Of a stretch of DNA of 64,000 nt, positions 62,401 to 64,000 are shown one piece after another. The position numbers were made by a program, and so were the translations under genes. Every line of letters begins with the position of its first letter. The stretch's first letter is position 1. Source of the DNA: Raillietiella orientalis (Eukaryota); NCBI GenBank assembly GCA_036172245.1, contig JAYWIR010000010.1, positions 2,108,001-2,172,000 of the forward strand, in the 5' to 3' direction. The notes beneath the pieces are model-generated. The model was given only the letters and a program-made list of their open reading frames with translations. It did no database searches and was not told the origin of the DNA.

Positions 62401-63900
62401 GCCCGGAGGCTGCGCTAATTGTCCTACGCGTCCGCCTCCGATCGATGATCGGCAGGAGTCTCCTCCCCGGGGGGCTACTCAGAGGCAGCAGCAGTCTGGT
62501 CCGTGGCCTTGGACGGCGAGGGAGCCGGCCGCGGGAAGCGCCCGTGGCGGGCGGGCCCGAGGAGGGAAAGGGAAGACGTTGCTGGAGGTCACCTCCTGGA
62601 GGAACGGAGTGGGCTTTCGGGTCGGCGATCGCAGGCCCGACCGTGCGATCCGGGGTGCGCGGCGCGGAAAGGCAAGGCAGGTCGTTGAGCGCCGGTGGCG
62701 GCTCAGAGTGGCGCAGCAACCAGCAGCGGGGGTCAGCGGAAGAGGCAGAGCAGCACGATAGCGCGAAGCCACCGCCCATCTTCGAAGATCAGACTAGATC
62801 CTGGGGAAGTCGGCGCAGATGAGGATGGTGCTGACTTCAGCATCCTCATCTGCAGCCAGAGGGGCTGAGTTCCGTGGTTTGCCACCAGAGAGGAGTCCTT
62901 GGGCGGTGCTGCGTTGCCCCGAGGTGCTGCCGCCTCTGGGGCGCCCATTACCTTCGTCGACTCCCTGCTGTGGGACTGTAGTCCCCCTTGACGAACGGGG
63001 AAGGCGGCGCGAAAGGTCTATCCCACCGCTGAGTATCCCGGTTGGGGGCGTGTCCCAGCATGCCGCAGGCATCGCAAGATGCTCTCTTAGGGGAGCGACC
63101 TTCGGAGAGGGGACGGGGGTATGGCGAAGAGAGACGAGCGGGAGCAACGCCCCCCCCTTCCTCCCTCCTCTTTCCGCGCTCGGCATAGCGCATCCCTGGG
63201 ACTCCGCGCAGGGCGACGACGCAAGCATCAAGGTCACAGCTCGTGGTGACGACCTGCGCACGTGGCTGCTCTCCCCCGTGTCCGAAGGTATGACGTCTCC
63301 CGGAACGCTGGCGCGGGGCAGCCACGCCCTCCCGACCGGCACATATCCTCCTGTCTCCAGGGGTCCTCCCCTACAAGGACGCGGGGACACTACCACGACC
63401 GTTCTCCAGATCTCCGACAGACAACGTGCGGGTTTCGGTTTCTCGGATGCACGGGGTCCGGTGTCCTGCCCCTAATCCGAAAAGGGGGAGAAGACCAGGG
63501 TCCCCCGAAGTCGGAGGCTGCAAGTGGGCGTGTTCGTGGCGAGGACGTCCGAAAGGGTCTGGAGATGGTAGCGAGGTGCTTGCTCGTTGCGACGGTTGGC
63601 GTCACCATCGGAGGGGCAGAAGGGGGTGGACGAGGACGTGCTCCGGGTCCTCTGACCGGCTGTCCTCTCATCGTCTTCCGCTCGCAGGTCACCGTGATAG
63701 GGGAGAGGAACGGGGAGGAGGAGGAGAGTGGCCTTCCTTAGGGTGACCTTCCTGGGCGCATTCCGGGCGCCTAGGGGCCGTTGGAAAGTCACTCGGATGC
63801 AGAAGCGGGTAAGGGACCGTTTCCAGGAAACGCCCGCGGAGGGAGCCCTCGGCATCCGTCGTTTTGAAGCCGCAGCAGCGCCTTACATCGGCTGAAGGGC
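56440..63900. mobile_element. Cluster of heavily decayed LINE fragments in both orientations (boundaries uncertain)
   Basis: CDACGMLGH knuckle (~63050-63080, -); WCPESKEAGEQSLH zinc-finger-like stretch and T-rich UTR (58700-59120, -); 56560-56770(-) resembles the ORF2 C-terminus at 38660-38810; ATGGLG and DCRPRAERLPH on +. Confidence 0.45.
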
Positions 63901-64000
63901 GAACCCCCGGAATCCACGTCTCCGCAGTCTCCTTGGGGACAAAAGGGGACCAGAGAGGAAAAGGTCCCTCCTGACAACCGACGGAGAGGGAAAAGGGGAG

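Overview
Eukaryotic (metazoan) genomic DNA with very short GT-AG introns (45-70 nt). The taxon cannot be fixed from sequence alone; a compact-intron invertebrate such as a basal nematode is plausible. Three host genes can be supported. (1) An MBD2/3-type NuRD subunit (12356-13191, +, 4 exons) with a shortened, degenerate methyl-CpG-binding domain. (2) An intronless, membrane-anchored, catalytically dead trypsin-like gene (13195-14130, -) whose stop codon lies 3 bp from the MBD2/3 stop. (3) A G-protein beta-5 gene (21527-22727, +, 3 exons). Most of the remainder is decayed mobile DNA: many Gypsy pol remnants (one family carries a tRNA-like module after the integrase), a Tigger/pogo deletion derivative, a foldback mariner, a hAT-type MITE, an RNase-H-bearing LINE remnant, and a nest of Tx1/L1-like LINEs. 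The nest includes a near full-length copy with an internal inversion marked by a 15-bp inverted duplication, a nested insertion with a 13-bp TSD, and a conserved structured 3' terminus seen in five copies. An AT-rich island at 41.75-43.5 kb holds a near-perfect inverted repeat. Most ORFs in the supplied track are GC-rich noise. All family assignments come from motif recognition by eye; no searches were run.
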